DNA of 64,000 nucleotides. Source: the human T2T-CHM13v2.0 reference genome, Homo sapiens. Both the position numbers and the translations under genes were made by a program. The stretch lies in assembly GCF_009914755.1 (NCBI RefSeq), contig NC_060937.1. One strand, written 5' to 3'. Positions 13,472 to 27,844 of this stretch are shown piece after piece (positions within the stretch are counted from its first letter, which is position 1; each line of letters begins with the position of its first letter). The notes under the pieces were generated by a model. The model was not told where the DNA came from, ran no database searches, and was given only the letters and a program-made list of their open reading frames with translations.

Positions 13472-14854
13472 CTATTGCTGCCCTGCCTCCACAGCAGACT
13501 TTTTGTGAGGATTAAATAAATCACTTTGAAGAATGAATTGGTTTCATTAGTTATCTTTTTTTATGCTTAAGTCTCTCAAAACTCCCTATCAAATATTTAG
13601 TGTTAAATAAAATTGTAAAATGTTTATCATGGTTATTCCATTCATTATTATTCACAAAATTGATGAAAAGACAAAGGAACTAGGCATTTTCTAAAGGGTA
13701 CATATGTCAGGGTAAATATACATCTGCTAGAATTCATTAGCTTGTTGCAATATTAATGGAAGAAATTACAATTTTAATAAGTATTTTATCTCACTTTTTG
13801 ATCATTGGCAAAGATGAAGTGGTAGCTTAGCATTTTCCTCTAATTTCTTCCTCTAGTATTGGGGCCTAGCTATGTCTCCCTTCATCTGTCTGTCTTCTTA
13901 TATTATTACCTAATGCTAGTTAATATCTTCTTTATGTCTTAATTTAGAAATTTCTATGGGGGAAGATGAAATATTTGTTCTCAAGACTTTCAGAGCTTCT
14001 TTTTGATTAAGATAGAAATAAGTAAAAGAACACTTCTGAGATTAAATCTTAGAGCAGGCAACACTGAGGGGAAAAAAAACGCCAAAATGATTCGTTATCT
14101 AAACTGTAAATTTGATCATGACCCTCCCCTATCCTTAGGCTGTTGCATAAAATGAAATCTGATTTTAAGGAGAGTGGAGGAGAAAGTTACAACATTAAGG
14201 AAAGGAATTGAACAAGGCTGTCCACTGGCTCAGGGACTGCTTCGAGGATATTTCTCATATCTTGTTGAAACAAAATCTCAATGTGTCAGTATAAAAATTG
14301 GTTCTGAATTTGAGCCAATGGGTTTGAGATAAGTTTCTGCCAGATTGAAAAAAAAAACAGTAAGTACAGGAGAAAAGCAAAACAAACAACCACAAAAGAA
14401 GTCTGCTAAAATGAATCCAGAATGCTTAATGTACCTTATTCCTAAGAAGGCTGTCTGTTGACAGATGTTCATTTCCAGTTGGAACACGGTATCATAAAGG
14501 CAGTGTTTCATCATACTCATGAAAAACATCTAAAAGCAACAAAGAAAACAGTATATAAAAACACAACTTCATTTCTTTACAATCCCAGGCTATGAAGCAG
14601 GTGTAAGGGCTGCTAAAATCAACAGAGAAACAATAGGGATAGAAAGATGCCATGCAGGGAGAAATGAAAAGAAAATGCCACCAAAAGAGAAATAAACAAT
14701 GAAAGGAGCTAGCAGTTGCAGCTATCAGATGTAAAAATTGTACTGCTTAAGGGTAAATTTCAACACTGAGATCCAAATCTATACTTACTGCTTCCAATAG
14801 CAGGAATAGAAGTGGCAATAGTAGTGCCCCTCCAGTTAAGTAGTCGTTTCAATT

Positions 14855-15200
14855 TTCCATTACAATGCAACAAGCCACCCTAAAAGTTAGTGGCTTAAAA
14901 CGACAACACTTTATTATTGCTCATGATTACATGATGAGGGCAGATCGGCATCTCTTCTTTACAGGTGGTGTCAGCTGAACTGCTGAGATGACAGAGAGGG
15001 ACAAAATGACCTCATCACATGGCTGTCAATTGTTGCTCCCAGGGCCTTGATTCCATTGGTCCTCTTCCCATGGGCATTTGAGATTCCTCATAGAATAATG
15101 GCCTTAACATAGAGAGGCCTCTGACATGGGGGCTAAATGCTACTGAAAGGTGGAAGCTGCCAGGTTTCTTGAGTCTTAAGCCTGTAATTTTCACATTGTT
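14855..15200 (-). mobile_element. Old MLT-type LTR
   Basis: caaccaccc-like start followed by ttagtggcttaaaacgacaac...ttattattgctcatga, the typical MLT 3' end reverse complement. Confidence 0.6.
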
Positions 15201-15359
15201 ATGAGCATGAATAATGGGATGTGTGATACATTGGGGCCCCCAAGTAAAATCTATCATACAAAGCTGTTTGAAGAATATCATCGACAAGCCATACTCGCAG
15301 GAAGCGGTCTGACTATGATGCAATGGATAAAAAGAGACTCTCTGAATAAAAATATAATA

Positions 15360-16260
15360 ATAATCAGGGAAATGCAAATCGAAACCACTATGAGACATTA
15401 CCTACATCAGTTAAAATAGCTAGTATCAAGGAACCAAGAGAAAACAAGTGTTGGTGAGTTTGTGGAGAAAAGGAAACCCTCATACACTGTCATTGAGAAT
15501 GTAAATTAGGGCAGCCATTATGGAAAACAACATGGAGGTTCCTAAAAAAATTAAAAGTATAATTACCATATGATGCAGCAATCTGTCTTCTGGGTATATC
15601 TCCCTAGGAAATGAAATCTGCACCTCACAAATACATCTGTGCCCCTGTGTTTATCACAGTAATATTAACAATAACCAAGATATGGAAACAAACTAATGGT
15701 CCACCAATAGATGAATAAATAATGTGATATATATATATGTGTGTGTGTGTGTTTATATAACACACACAGGAATATTATTCAGCCTTAAAAAGGAGATTCT
15801 GCCATTTTCAACAACACTGATGAATCTAGAGGACATTATTCTAAGTGAAATAAGCCAAACACAGAAGAAAATTATTGCATAATCTCATTTATATGTGAAA
15901 ACTAAACAAACAAAAAGCCAAGAAAATCTTGCATACATAGAAACAGAGAGTACACTGTTGGTTATCATAGGTAGAGTGTGGGAGTCGATGGGAAAATGAA
16001 AATCCAACAGTACAAAGGTTGAGTTATGGAGGATAAGTAAGTCTGGAGAGTTAATGAGCAGCATGAGAACTATAGTTGTTGTATACTGTGAAATTGTTAA
16101 GAGTAGATTTTTGTCACTTTTACCACCACGACGAAAAGGGAACTATGTTAGATGGTGGTTGTTCATTTGTTTGACAGTAGTAATCATCTTACTATGTATA
16201 TGTACATCAAAACATCATGTTGTATACCTTAAATGTGAACTATTAAGAAAAAATTAAAAA
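15360..16260 (+). mobile_element. L1MA-type ORF2 end and 3' UTR
   Basis: aatcagggaaatgcaaatcgaaaccac, ggagaaaaggaaaccctc, ggacattattctaagtgaaataagcc, catcaaaacatcatgttgtataccttaaat. Confidence 0.9.
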
Positions 16261-16699
16261 GCGTATTCTCTGTATCCACTGGCTAAGGAAGAACAAAGAT
16301 TTTTAAAAAGACACACTAAATCACCTCTCATAAGGAAAGTTTCAAAATTTTGGAATAAAGCCCTGTTCAACTCCACCACCATCAATAAACCACACTGAAT
16401 ATGAACTAAAGCAAATGGCTAGAGAAATTTACCTCTTTTAATGGTGAATATTTTTTAAGCCAATACAGTATCTATACAAAGATGTTACATGTAAAAGAGG
16501 GAAAGGGTTAAGATAAAAAAAATAATAATTGTAAGGATCCTTACCAGAAAGAAAAATAGTATGGAGTGAGTAAAATCTGTGAGCAAATTTAAACCATGAA
16601 TCATTACAACAAAACAAAACACATAAAATTCCCAATAATGCAATCATTCCTATAAAGCAAATTCACAAAAATAAATACAAGATCTGAGAGAACAGATGG

Positions 16700-17480
16700 T
16701 GAATTAATAAGAGGAATGCAACATGAAATGCACATGAAAGTATTCAAAGCATCTGTCTGAGAAATAAAGGAAAAAAGAAAAAGAAACAGAGAATAGACAT
16801 TGTAAAACAATACAGGATATAGAAGATAGAGATGACAGAAATGTGCAAATAAAAAATAAAATAATAAAAGTAGATCAGATGAAAAATGACAGCCTAAGGA
16901 AACAAAGAATGACTATTTAGAGGATGCAAAAAAGAAAACTGAAACAAAGGGAGCAGCTTAAGAGTAACATTCAATTTATTTGTCAAAATGTTACACAATG
17001 AAAATATGGAGGGTCACACTGTATACTAGGATGAATGAGATGCGCATGACAAATATTCATTCATATTCTAGGAGTTTCTGTAATTCAAATGTGAAGAAAT
17101 TATTTTGGCATTAAAACAAAAATATTCTCATTTCTATGGTCAAAACTTTTATTCTGTGCTCAGACTAATATATACAGAATTCTCAAAAGAAGAAAATATA
17201 ACCAATATTTTATTCCCGACAAACTGCCACTCAAATTCAATGGCAACAGTTTCAAACATGCAAGAACTTAGGGAATATCATTGCTACAAATTATTATTGA
17301 GAAAGTTGCTAAACAACAAACTTCAAACAATAGACATGTGATTGCAAAAACTACAGCAAAAGGACTGAGAGTAAGAATGAATGCATTAACAAAGCAACTA
17401 GACTGAAACTAATGTGTGCTTTAAATTTACAGAAAAATAATGTAAACTTTATAAGCCCTGACAGTACAAAATAATAAACA
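16700..17480 (+). mobile_element. HAL1 or old L1M ORF1-region relic
   Basis: A-rich sequence with aatattttattcccgacaaactg and tcaaacatgcaagaacttagggaatat. Confidence 0.55.
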
Positions 17481-17519
17481 TGTTTTCCCTAATCCCACAC
17501 TTTTATATACAGTCCTTTC

Positions 17520-17959
17520 ATTAAATTTTTAAAGGTAAATTAAACATTTTATTTGGGAATCACAGAATTGCAGTTTGTGGAATACAAGCAGATCAGAGTG
17601 GTCTTTGGTTTGTCCAAAGAACAAAGACAAGGGTGGGATTTTGTTAGAAATAAATTTTATGTATTATTTTGAAAGAAATCTCACTGTCACTAGAGAAGCT
17701 TTGGGGAGCGGTCAAGCTCTGATTGGTGAGTGATAGTAACAAGTAAAACTAGTCTTATAGCCCAGGCAGTTTTTTTCAGCAGCTACCAGGTAAAAATGGT
17801 CTGATGGTTACAGCAGGCTATTTCAGCACCTGAGTTTGCAAAAAGTTCAATTTTTGGAGCTGGTATTATGTGTCTGGAGTGCTTTTTCCTCTTGGTCCAT
17901 TCACTCTGATTCAATTGGGTATAATAAGAATGACCAAATTTGTGTAATCAACTTTCACA
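17520..17959 (-). mobile_element. ERV1-class solo LTR (family uncertain)
   Basis: Reverse complement starts tgtgaaagttgattacacaaatttggtcattcttattataccc; CCAAT box (gattgg) and AATAAA (tttatt) in minus orientation. Confidence 0.65.
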
Positions 17960-17999
17960 ATGCCAAACATATGTTTTATTCCTGACTGTATTCTTATCA

Positions 18000-18222
18000 C
18001 AACTCAGAGAAATATAGTTTTTGTGGTTATACAAATATGAAATGTAAATTAAAAACAAACAGAATAACAATCCAAAAAAAGAAAAACTACAAATCTAAGG
18101 AAATAAGAAAGAAGTGATACAGATACAAAGGTTAAAATTAGCACATAGGAGAATATACTAAAACTTATACATCATTTCTGAAAGTTCTTTTTGCAGAAAA
18201 ACTAATAAAACAGTTAAACCTA

Positions 18223-18270
<48 letters not shown>

Positions 18271-18940
18271 GTCTATCTATCTATATATATATTTTAAACT
18301 TGAATGAAAAGTGTGGAAAAATTAAGAAAATTTTAGGAAAATATGCTCTACCAAAAGTGACTCCTGAAGTTAGCAAACTTAAACAAATTTCCCGAGAAAA
18401 ATTAGAAAAATATATGAGGACTATAAAGTCCTGTTTTTTACTTTTCCTTACCTCCTCGCTTCCTCCCAAAAGCACCAAACTCAGATATTTTCACCAGAAA
18501 ACTCTACCAAAAATTTCAAGTTGAGATAAATTCAACAGTTTGTCCAAGTTATATAAATCTTCACATACTGCATGTCATATATAAAAATGAAAATAAAAAC
18601 CTTCTAAGTTCTTATTAAACAAAAATAATCAATATTAAAACCTTACACGTTTCAATGGAAAAAATAGCTACAACCCAAACCCCCAATTCCTATTATGATA
18701 TTTACATAGAAATTCTTAGTAAAATTTTCAAGAAGAGAATGCACATATTACAAGTGTAGTAAACCATGACCAAATAGGGTTTATTTCATAAACGTAATGA
18801 TGTTTCCATATTAGGATGTATCTTATATTACCCATCATTATTGTCTTAGGAGAAAAAATATTATCCCCATACACCCTGGTCAGGTATTTGGGAAAGTTGA
18901 AAATCCTTTCTTGATAAATAAATTCATGTTAGATAAATAT
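18000..18940 (+). mobile_element. Old L1M ORF2 relic
   Basis: taccaaaagtgactcctgaag, catgaccaaatagggtttattt, atttgggaaagttgaaaatcctttcttgataaa. Confidence 0.7.
18223..18283. repeat. (TATC)12 tetranucleotide STR with interrupted tail
   Basis: 12 perfect TATC units at 18223-18270, then gtc(tatc)2. Confidence 0.97.
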
Positions 18941-19210
18941 CTTTTAAAAAAAGAAGAATGTAAACACATCTCAGTACAAGAATGAGCAACATACATAAAA
19001 TATGGCATCTCTCCATTACATGTCATCCCCTCTAGAAGGCAGCACAGAGAAAAAACCTCCTTCTGTGATCCTGCAGTTCCATCCACAAATCACTGCATAA
19101 CACGGACTGTAACAATTGACAAGTCAATCTTCTCAAAATCAGTTATGATATCTTAGTCATCCTTTTATTACATTATCTACCTGGGTTTCTGGCCTGTACG
19201 CCTCAAGAAC

Positions 19211-19670
19211 TGTGAAGGGATTGGTATATCCCCCCACTTACAAGCTAACGAGTTAGCCTTCCATAGTCTCCAGGATACTGATAGAAGGCACCAGGCTCCT
19301 GGGTGGAGGAGACTCCTGGCAGAGAAGGCAACATGAGATCAGCTCCTTGGTATTAGTTACCCTTGCTTCCATGTTGCTCAGCAGCAACATCAATGGGACA
19401 AGCTGGATGTCTGCACACACAGTGGGTTGCATTTCAGGAGAGGAAATTTGATTTCATAATGGTATTCATCATGCCTGCTTTTTGTCCCAAAAGGAAGAAT
19501 TATTTTTATTGCACAGGACCATAAACATGACTGGCTTTTGTTCTATCTATATCATCCAAAGCTGTTTACTATAAAAGAAAAAATCTTTAAAAGCATATTC
19601 TGTAACAAAGAGCAGTCAATATGTTGCTTTAAGAGATGAGCAGAAATACATGGGACCGGCGAAGATGTGT
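19211..19670 (-). mobile_element. ERVL LTR (LTR40-like)
   Basis: ccccacttacaagctaacgagttagcc...ggatactgatagaag...ctcctgggt matches the recalled LTR40 reverse complement. Confidence 0.6.
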
Positions 19671-22197
19671 CAGATATTGTATTTAAGATTGTCTAAAAAG
19701 ACAGAAATTCGATCAAAATGCATTCATTTCACTTAATTAAACAAATATTTTGTTTTAGCTCCTATTGTTTATTCTTATAACACAAATTGACTTTGTCTCT
19801 GTTGTCCCATTAGTGGGAATGTTACACAAGGACTGAGGTCTGTTACTAACCCCTTGAATTGAATATATTAGAAATTAGTTTTGCTGTTTTATGGAAGTTT
19901 CATAAATAGAGGTGATATTTGATACAACATGATTCTAAACAAAGATACACTGGGTGCATCTTGCTATGTAGCCCATATTTTATAAGACATATCTACAATA
20001 TGAAAGAGTCTGTGGGTTAAATTTTTTATATTTATTTTTTTCCATATTTTATTTCACTGGTCAAGGGAAAATGTAGCTAAAGAAAATAAGGCTTAATTTC
20101 AATGACTTGTTAATAAATATTTACTAATTTGTGTTTTAAAACTATTCTTCCAGAAAATGCTAACCGTAAATGGAAAACTTGCTCCACTAGCAGGTGTTTT
20201 CTAATTGAAAATAAATGAAAAATGTAAAATAACTGACAGTCTTTGTCAAAATAATTAGGTTATTTGAAAATATTTGTGTAGCACACAGTAGGTTTTCAAA
20301 ACTGACTGAATAAATATATGAAGGAATGAGTTGCTGATATATAAATCTGCACGTTGTCCCTGGGTATCTTAGCTGGTAAAATAAATATGGACCAGAGGCT
20401 CAATCATCTTCTCCCTTATATCAAAACTACACATTGTATAGATTGAAAACACAAAGGTAAGAAAGTTGATAGCTTCAGAAGTCCTTCGAGAATAATGTGT
20501 AAATGGGAACTTGGCCCGACTACCCCTCCCCCATTTAATAAAAATTTTACTGTTCAAGCTGTGAATCAGCATAGCCTATAAACTGTAAGCTTCTCTTCCA
20601 TGCCTTTGATACTTGACAGCCATAATTGACATATATAAACTCTTTCAAAATGACTTCTGGAAATTTTCTCTGGGGTAAAGATTTTAGATACAGAGGCAGA
20701 TGGCTAAGTACACACATTAGGATATTTTGCTTTTGGCCTGCTTATTCTGAGTTTGTTATATTTTGTATTGTTTGAGGATTGCCAGTACAATTAATACAAC
20801 AATTAATAGGGCATCGCATTCTTCACTATTTTATGCAGGATATGATGTCATCCAAATCTAACATATATAATACATATAATGTCAGAAATAAGTTATTTTT
20901 GGGTTGTACTGGCTTTACTCTCTCCACGGAAAGAAAAAACATCTAAATATTTTATAGATATTAATTGAAATCTTTCAAAATATTCAATAGAAGTGAATCA
21001 TTTTTCTCAAACTTGAATGGAAATATTAACATTTGAGATCTGATATATTGAGTGTTTTATGCAATTTTTATTTATTGGTGGAAATAAATTATCACATTAT
21101 TTTCCAACCATATCAGAGCTGAATCTTACAATATATGGAATTTCTAAAAGATATAATTTACCCTTCTATTGTCAGTGTATGAGAGTACTCATTTTTCAAA
21201 GATGTTAGTAATGATCTTAAAATGGGAACATGAGTGTACTTTTTCCTCTAGTCTTTTGATTTTTCTGTTTTCCATTCTTTTTCTAATGATTGTGTGTGTT
21301 TAATAGTGGAAATTTTATATTTTATATTTAAAATATGTAGTAATAATATTATTTTATAAGTATATTTCAAATGTTATTTAAACTTTTCATGGGATTTTAA
21401 TGTTTTGTGTTGTCATTTATGTTTCTAGCTTCGAATTTACATTAATCATGGTTGAGCAATTTGAAGTGACCTCTGAACAACAACAACAAAAACTACTAAC
21501 TCCCCTGAGACCATATGGCCAGAGAAATTTCTCAGTAATCTTTTTACCACCTACGCTAGTTTTTTAAGGCACATCTTTGAAATTCAACAAGTGTATTTTA
21601 TCTTAAGTTCCAGGTTAATATAATGATGGCCTGACCCTTAACAATCCTTTATTAGATTAAAATATGTGTTTGTTAGAAAATTCAGTTTATTTAAAATGGA
21701 ATTGAATGATGTCACTTTTATTATTTTCTGAAAAATACATAATTATTATAGTTTCGATATCTCTGTATTTCAGAAGTTTCTGTGTCCTTTAAACATATTA
21801 AAGAAAAGTTGAAGCAGCATTTTTCTCCTAAAAATCAAAATTTGTTATTATTTAATTTTTCTATAATTAAGTGTAATAGGCAGTAAAGGACCTTAATTCA
21901 TTTAGTACTGAATACATCTATATGACTGAATATTACTGTCAATCATTGACTGAGAATTTTATCATACACTCCCAGCCTGTTTTTAAAAGTTGTATTCTGA
22001 GATGAGTGGGATTAGAGAATACAAAGTTATTATGATGGTAACATATCATATATGTAACTCTTTTCCATCAATACTGTCAGTACCTGCTTTTTAATTAGTT
22101 GAAGTGTTTCACAATGTTTTATAATTTTACAACAATAATTTTACAGAAAAAAGTGCATATATCTATCATCTGTGTACAGAAGAAAAATATACATGCA

Positions 22198-22202
<5 letters not shown>

Positions 22203-22241
<39 letters not shown>

Positions 22242-22245
22242 TCTC
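22203..22245. repeat. (CT)n microsatellite
   Basis: CT run with one G interruption. Confidence 0.95.
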
Positions 22246-22699
22246 GTTTTCCCTTTTTCTACATTGGCATCATGCTTGGATGGTTCTCACTATTTCACTC
22301 CAAAAAGACAAGTATTTTTGGCATTTGTACTCAGGATGCCTACATTAGCTAACCTAGATGACCTTTTATGTATATCACCACCAGAGGGACTTGGACTTTT
22401 CATAGTGATAGTATTTTACCCCATACAAATTACTGTATTCACTTTGCAATACAGCTGTACCGGCAGGCTTTAGCAGTTATAGTGTTTCTTATCCTCCTAC
22501 TGAAAAAAAAAATGTTTTAATACTTATTCTTAAAGCTCTTATTGCTATTTATGCCTCATCTGGCCACCAGATGTACTTCCTATGAAAGAGGTTGTTTAGG
22601 CATTTGTTATGTTGGCTATTAGGTTTGTTCATATCACTACTCAGCATGGTTCACCCTTTATAATACGGTGCTTCGTGACATTTGAAATTCACAAACTTG

Positions 22700-22890
22700 C
22701 ATTAATTGTCTCTTTTGATCATCTCCACAACTCTGAGAGTTGGCAAAACTGATACCAGGGTACACGTATTTTTTTCAGATGCTAAAACTGAGATGCAGAA
22801 TGATTAAGTAATTTATGAAAGAGGCAACACTTATGCAGTTGAGCTGAGAGTAAGAACTCATGTGTCATGAGTCTTAGTCTAATGCTCTTT
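22700..22890 (-). mobile_element. MIR
   Basis: ttcagatgctaaaactgagatgcagaatgattaagtaattt core. Confidence 0.7.
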
Positions 22891-23051
22891 TGACTAAAAT
22901 CATTCTTGAGAACGCTTTGCAGCTACTTTCTCTCATTTCATAGTCACTTGAATTCAAGGCCCTAATAAAATTATAAAAGCCATTCTTTTTACTTAAGCTA
23001 ACTCTGGACACACTAACTCAATGCAGGTGTATAACTAAAAACCATACAACT

Positions 23052-23085
23052 GAATGAATGAATGAATGAATGACGAATGAATGAA
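23052..23085. repeat. (GAAT)n, possibly an L2 tail
   Basis: gaatgaatgaatgaatgaatgacgaatgaatgaa. Confidence 0.8.
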
Positions 23086-23147
23086 AATAAATAAATATTA
23101 TCGTCAGGCCATAGTGTATATGAACCTAATATCTAGAGGTCATCAAC

Positions 23148-23360
23148 CATTTATTTATTATGCACCTTGCACTGTACTAAGTATTTAAAACATTGTGTTA
23201 TTTATTCTCTATAAAATTGGTTAGATGTCATCATTCTTAATTTACAGATGATACCAGTATGTTCAAAGAATTCAAGCAGCTTGTCCAAGGTCATGCAATG
23301 AAGTGGTAAAGTCAAGATTTTAATCCATTTCTACCGGCTTCCTAGGTTATAATTCTTACT
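23148..23360 (-). mobile_element. MIR
   Basis: gcactgtactaagtattt...tttacagatga...cttgtccaaggtcatgca...aagtggtaaagtcaagattt. Confidence 0.75.
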
Positions 23361-23528
23361 ACATTTATTTTTATTAGTGTGATAAGTGATTATATGTATA
23401 AGGCACTGCTCTAAAAAATTATCAATATCACTAATTTAATACTCATAATACTCCTTTGACTGCAGTATTCCAAGTGCCAGCACTTTTTATTGTATGTAGG
23501 AAGTCTGGACTCCATTCCAGTTCATTAA

Positions 23529-23860
<332 letters not shown>

Positions 23861-23923
23861 TAATAAATCCCATGCTTGTTTTGCTCTCAGGCACATGCAA
23901 AATGCCATTAAAAAAACACAATA

Positions 23924-24167
<244 letters not shown>

Positions 24168-24649
24168 CTATGGACTTTTAAACATTGTACTTCTCTTTAT
24201 AATACGTTATTGCTAACTTTTAAAGTTTTAACATGATGTAAATAAATAACATAATTGTCTTTATTGGTCTACTCACATCTCTGTGATTCTAGTAGTTTTC
24301 CCATGCTACCTAACTTCATAGTTTAAAACAGAACATTCCATAAAATTCTTTTATGTGAGTGATTTTTGTTGATGACTTACTGAGCTACCTGTAGCTAATA
24401 AAAATATCCTCATGTTGTGCTATAAATAGTAAAATGTGATAACTCTAACAGGTAAAATCTGCCCATTTTATACTGTCAACAGCAGAATGTGATAAGCATA
24501 GCAGACAAAACAGTGCCCATATTATAAGAGGACATGAAGAAAATTTGAGTTTAAAGATCTCATTTGAGGTTTTTATGAATTCATTAGCTTTTAGCACAGT
24601 TGCATTACTTTGTAAAATTTCTTCATTATTAAAACTGGAGTTGTTCCAT

Positions 24650-25430
24650 ATACATATTAGAATAAGCTTGTCCATGTTGGCAATAAATGTTGCTAGCATT
24701 CTGATAGGAATTGCTTTAACCCTATAGCTCAATTTGAGGAGAACTGACATATTTTCTATTTTGGAACTTCCAATCCATAAACACAGTATATCTCTCCATT
24801 TTTTAGGTATTCCTTAATTTCTTTCATCTTCGTTTTGTTATATACATATATATATTAGAGACAGAATCCTGCCCCATCACCCAGGCTGGAGTGCAGTGGC
24901 GCGATCTCTGCATTTTGTAGTTTTTCACAAATAGATCCTATACGTGTGTTTTTACTTGTATACTTTGGCACTCAATTTTCTTCACAGTGAATCTAAATGG
25001 TCTTCTATTTTTTAATTTGTTTTCCATACTGTTAATATATAAAAATGTGACTTTTTGTGTGTGACAATATTGTACTGTGCAGTTTTGCTGAATTCATTTA
25101 TTAGTTGTAGGACATTTTTGTAGAAATTCCTTAGGATATTCTATGTAGACCAGAAAATAGGAATAGCTTTAGTTCTTCCTATGCAGTTTGCATGACTTTT
25201 ATTTGTTCTTCATGCCTGATTTCAGTGACTAGAACTTCTAGTACTAAGTTGAAAAAGAGTGGTGAGAACAGTCATCCTGGCCTTGTCCCAGTCTTAAGGT
25301 GAAATGATTGAGTCTTTCATTATGAGTATGCTGTTAGCTATAGGCTTTTTTAAAATATGCTTTATGAAGTTGATGTAATTCTCCTTTATTTTTAACTTGT
25401 CAAAGTTATTTTTATAATGAACTAGTGTTA
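24650..25430 (-). mobile_element. L1MC-like ORF2 fragment
   Basis: gataggaattgctttaaccctatagctcaatttgaggagaactgacat; gaaaaagagtggtgagaacagtcatcctggccttgtccc. Confidence 0.85.
24839..24911 (-). mobile_element. Short Alu 3' fragment with (TA)n tail inside the L1
   Basis: gagacagaatcctgccccatcacccaggctggagtgcagtggcgcgatctc; TSD-like cgttttgtta / cattttgtag. Confidence 0.8.
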
Positions 25431-25795
25431 CCAGAGATTGAATATAATTAAGAATGGGGAGGGAAAATGAAAGTGTGTGTGGTTATTAAGGGCAACATAA
25501 GAAATTATTTTATTGGACTGTTTTAGTTTTTGCCTATGGTGTTGGATACACAAACATATACTGGTTATAAAATTTGAGAACATTATCACACACACACATA
25601 AATGAGTACAGGTAAAATATCATGAATATGGAAAAGGTGGGTGTATCGTGTCACTGTCAGTATCATGGTTGTGGTCTTATAGTTTTGCAAAATGTTACTT
25701 TTGGGAGGAAATTGGCAAACTGTACAAAGATAGCTCTGTATTATTTCTTATAACTACCTGTAAATTTACAGTTATCTCAATACAGCTTTCGATTT
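25431..25795 (+). mobile_element. L1MC 3' UTR end
   Basis: gtggttattaagggcaacat, ttttgcaaaatgttacttttgggaggaaattgg, ctctgtattatttcttataactacctgtaaatttacag. Confidence 0.8.
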
Positions 25796-25922
25796 AAAAA
25801 TTGGAATTTAAATTATTTTTTGATAGAACTTTGATCCTTTGCAACAGAATTACCAAGGCAATTACATTCAGATACAGACATTTTATATGTGTTTTGTTTA
25901 GATTCAGTTGCTGCATTAATTA

Positions 25923-26245
<323 letters not shown>

Positions 26246-27433
26246 TTAAAATTTACAGAATGCATTCGTTTAAATTATTTCAAACATATAAAATACATTC
26301 ATCAATTAAAATTTTGAGTCTATTTATATATTTATAATGTTTAAAATGATCAACCATTAAACATAAATTTAATGTGGATACTATAGCCTTACCTGACAAC
26401 TTAAATAAGGTGGCTTCATAGATGTTAAAACCAGCTGAATAATAAACTCATTAGCGTCTAGAATATTTCGTATGTGTATGTATTTTGTGAGTTTCCGCTA
26501 TTTTTTATTTCTTCTTGAATATGTCTACTAGGTGACTGCAATATAGTTTAAGAATGAAGTTATTTCATTCGCTTTTGGTCTTTCATTTGCAAAGCACACA
26601 TCAACCAGTTTATAAAACCAATTTCAATTTAGAAAAGAACCTCAAGCTATCATCTCCACCCCTTTCTGGGAAAAAGTCAAACATAATGCCAACCTTCTCA
26701 AGAGAACACCTCCAAGCAAAAAAAGGTCACACTTAGGCACAGCCCTCAGATAAGGTACTCACTAATGGCCAATGCCTGCAGGAAACACTGAACTTTTTTC
26801 TGGAGAAATAGGATTACACCACTGCTGATTTTTGAGCTCTGCCTGGTTAACCTAGAGAAACTAAATAGCACAGTTCCCTCTAATGACTCAATTAACAGGT
26901 AGTTTACTATGACTGAGTTAATTTGAAGCTGATAGTTCATATTTCTATACAAATCTTTAGTCTGATCGAGTAATACGCACAAATCAGATGTAATCTAGAA
27001 TTTATTGAACAATGTCTTCCAGTCATAACACTAATTATTGTGAATGTGAGCTATAAAAAATAAATCATTTATAGTAAGAAAAACATAGAGAATAAAATCA
27101 TAAATTTAACTGATACATGCTTCCTCTTTCATAGCTACATAGTGAAACAAGGGGCTAAAATTTAATTGATATCATTAAGTGAAAGCTAGACTTGTGTAGC
27201 TTGTATCAGTTCAGGATGAGAAAATATCTGGGGATGCTAATTTGAAGAACTCTATTAATGTAGTACCCATGGAAATGGACTAGGAAGAAAGAAAGAGAGA
27301 AGGAGAGAAATGAGAAAAATGAATTTGGCCTTAGAAAAGTCACATATAAATTTACATACCTTTACTAATACATTTAAAAATTTCAAATAATTGAGAGTGA
27401 TGGAAAAGAATAATTTATATGTTTAGAAAATAT

Positions 27434-27844
<411 letters not shown>

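Noticed and set aside
15015-15398. Longest ORF in the window (127 aa)
   Set aside because: Spans an L1 fragment and an MLT LTR; no recognisable domain; length expected by chance.
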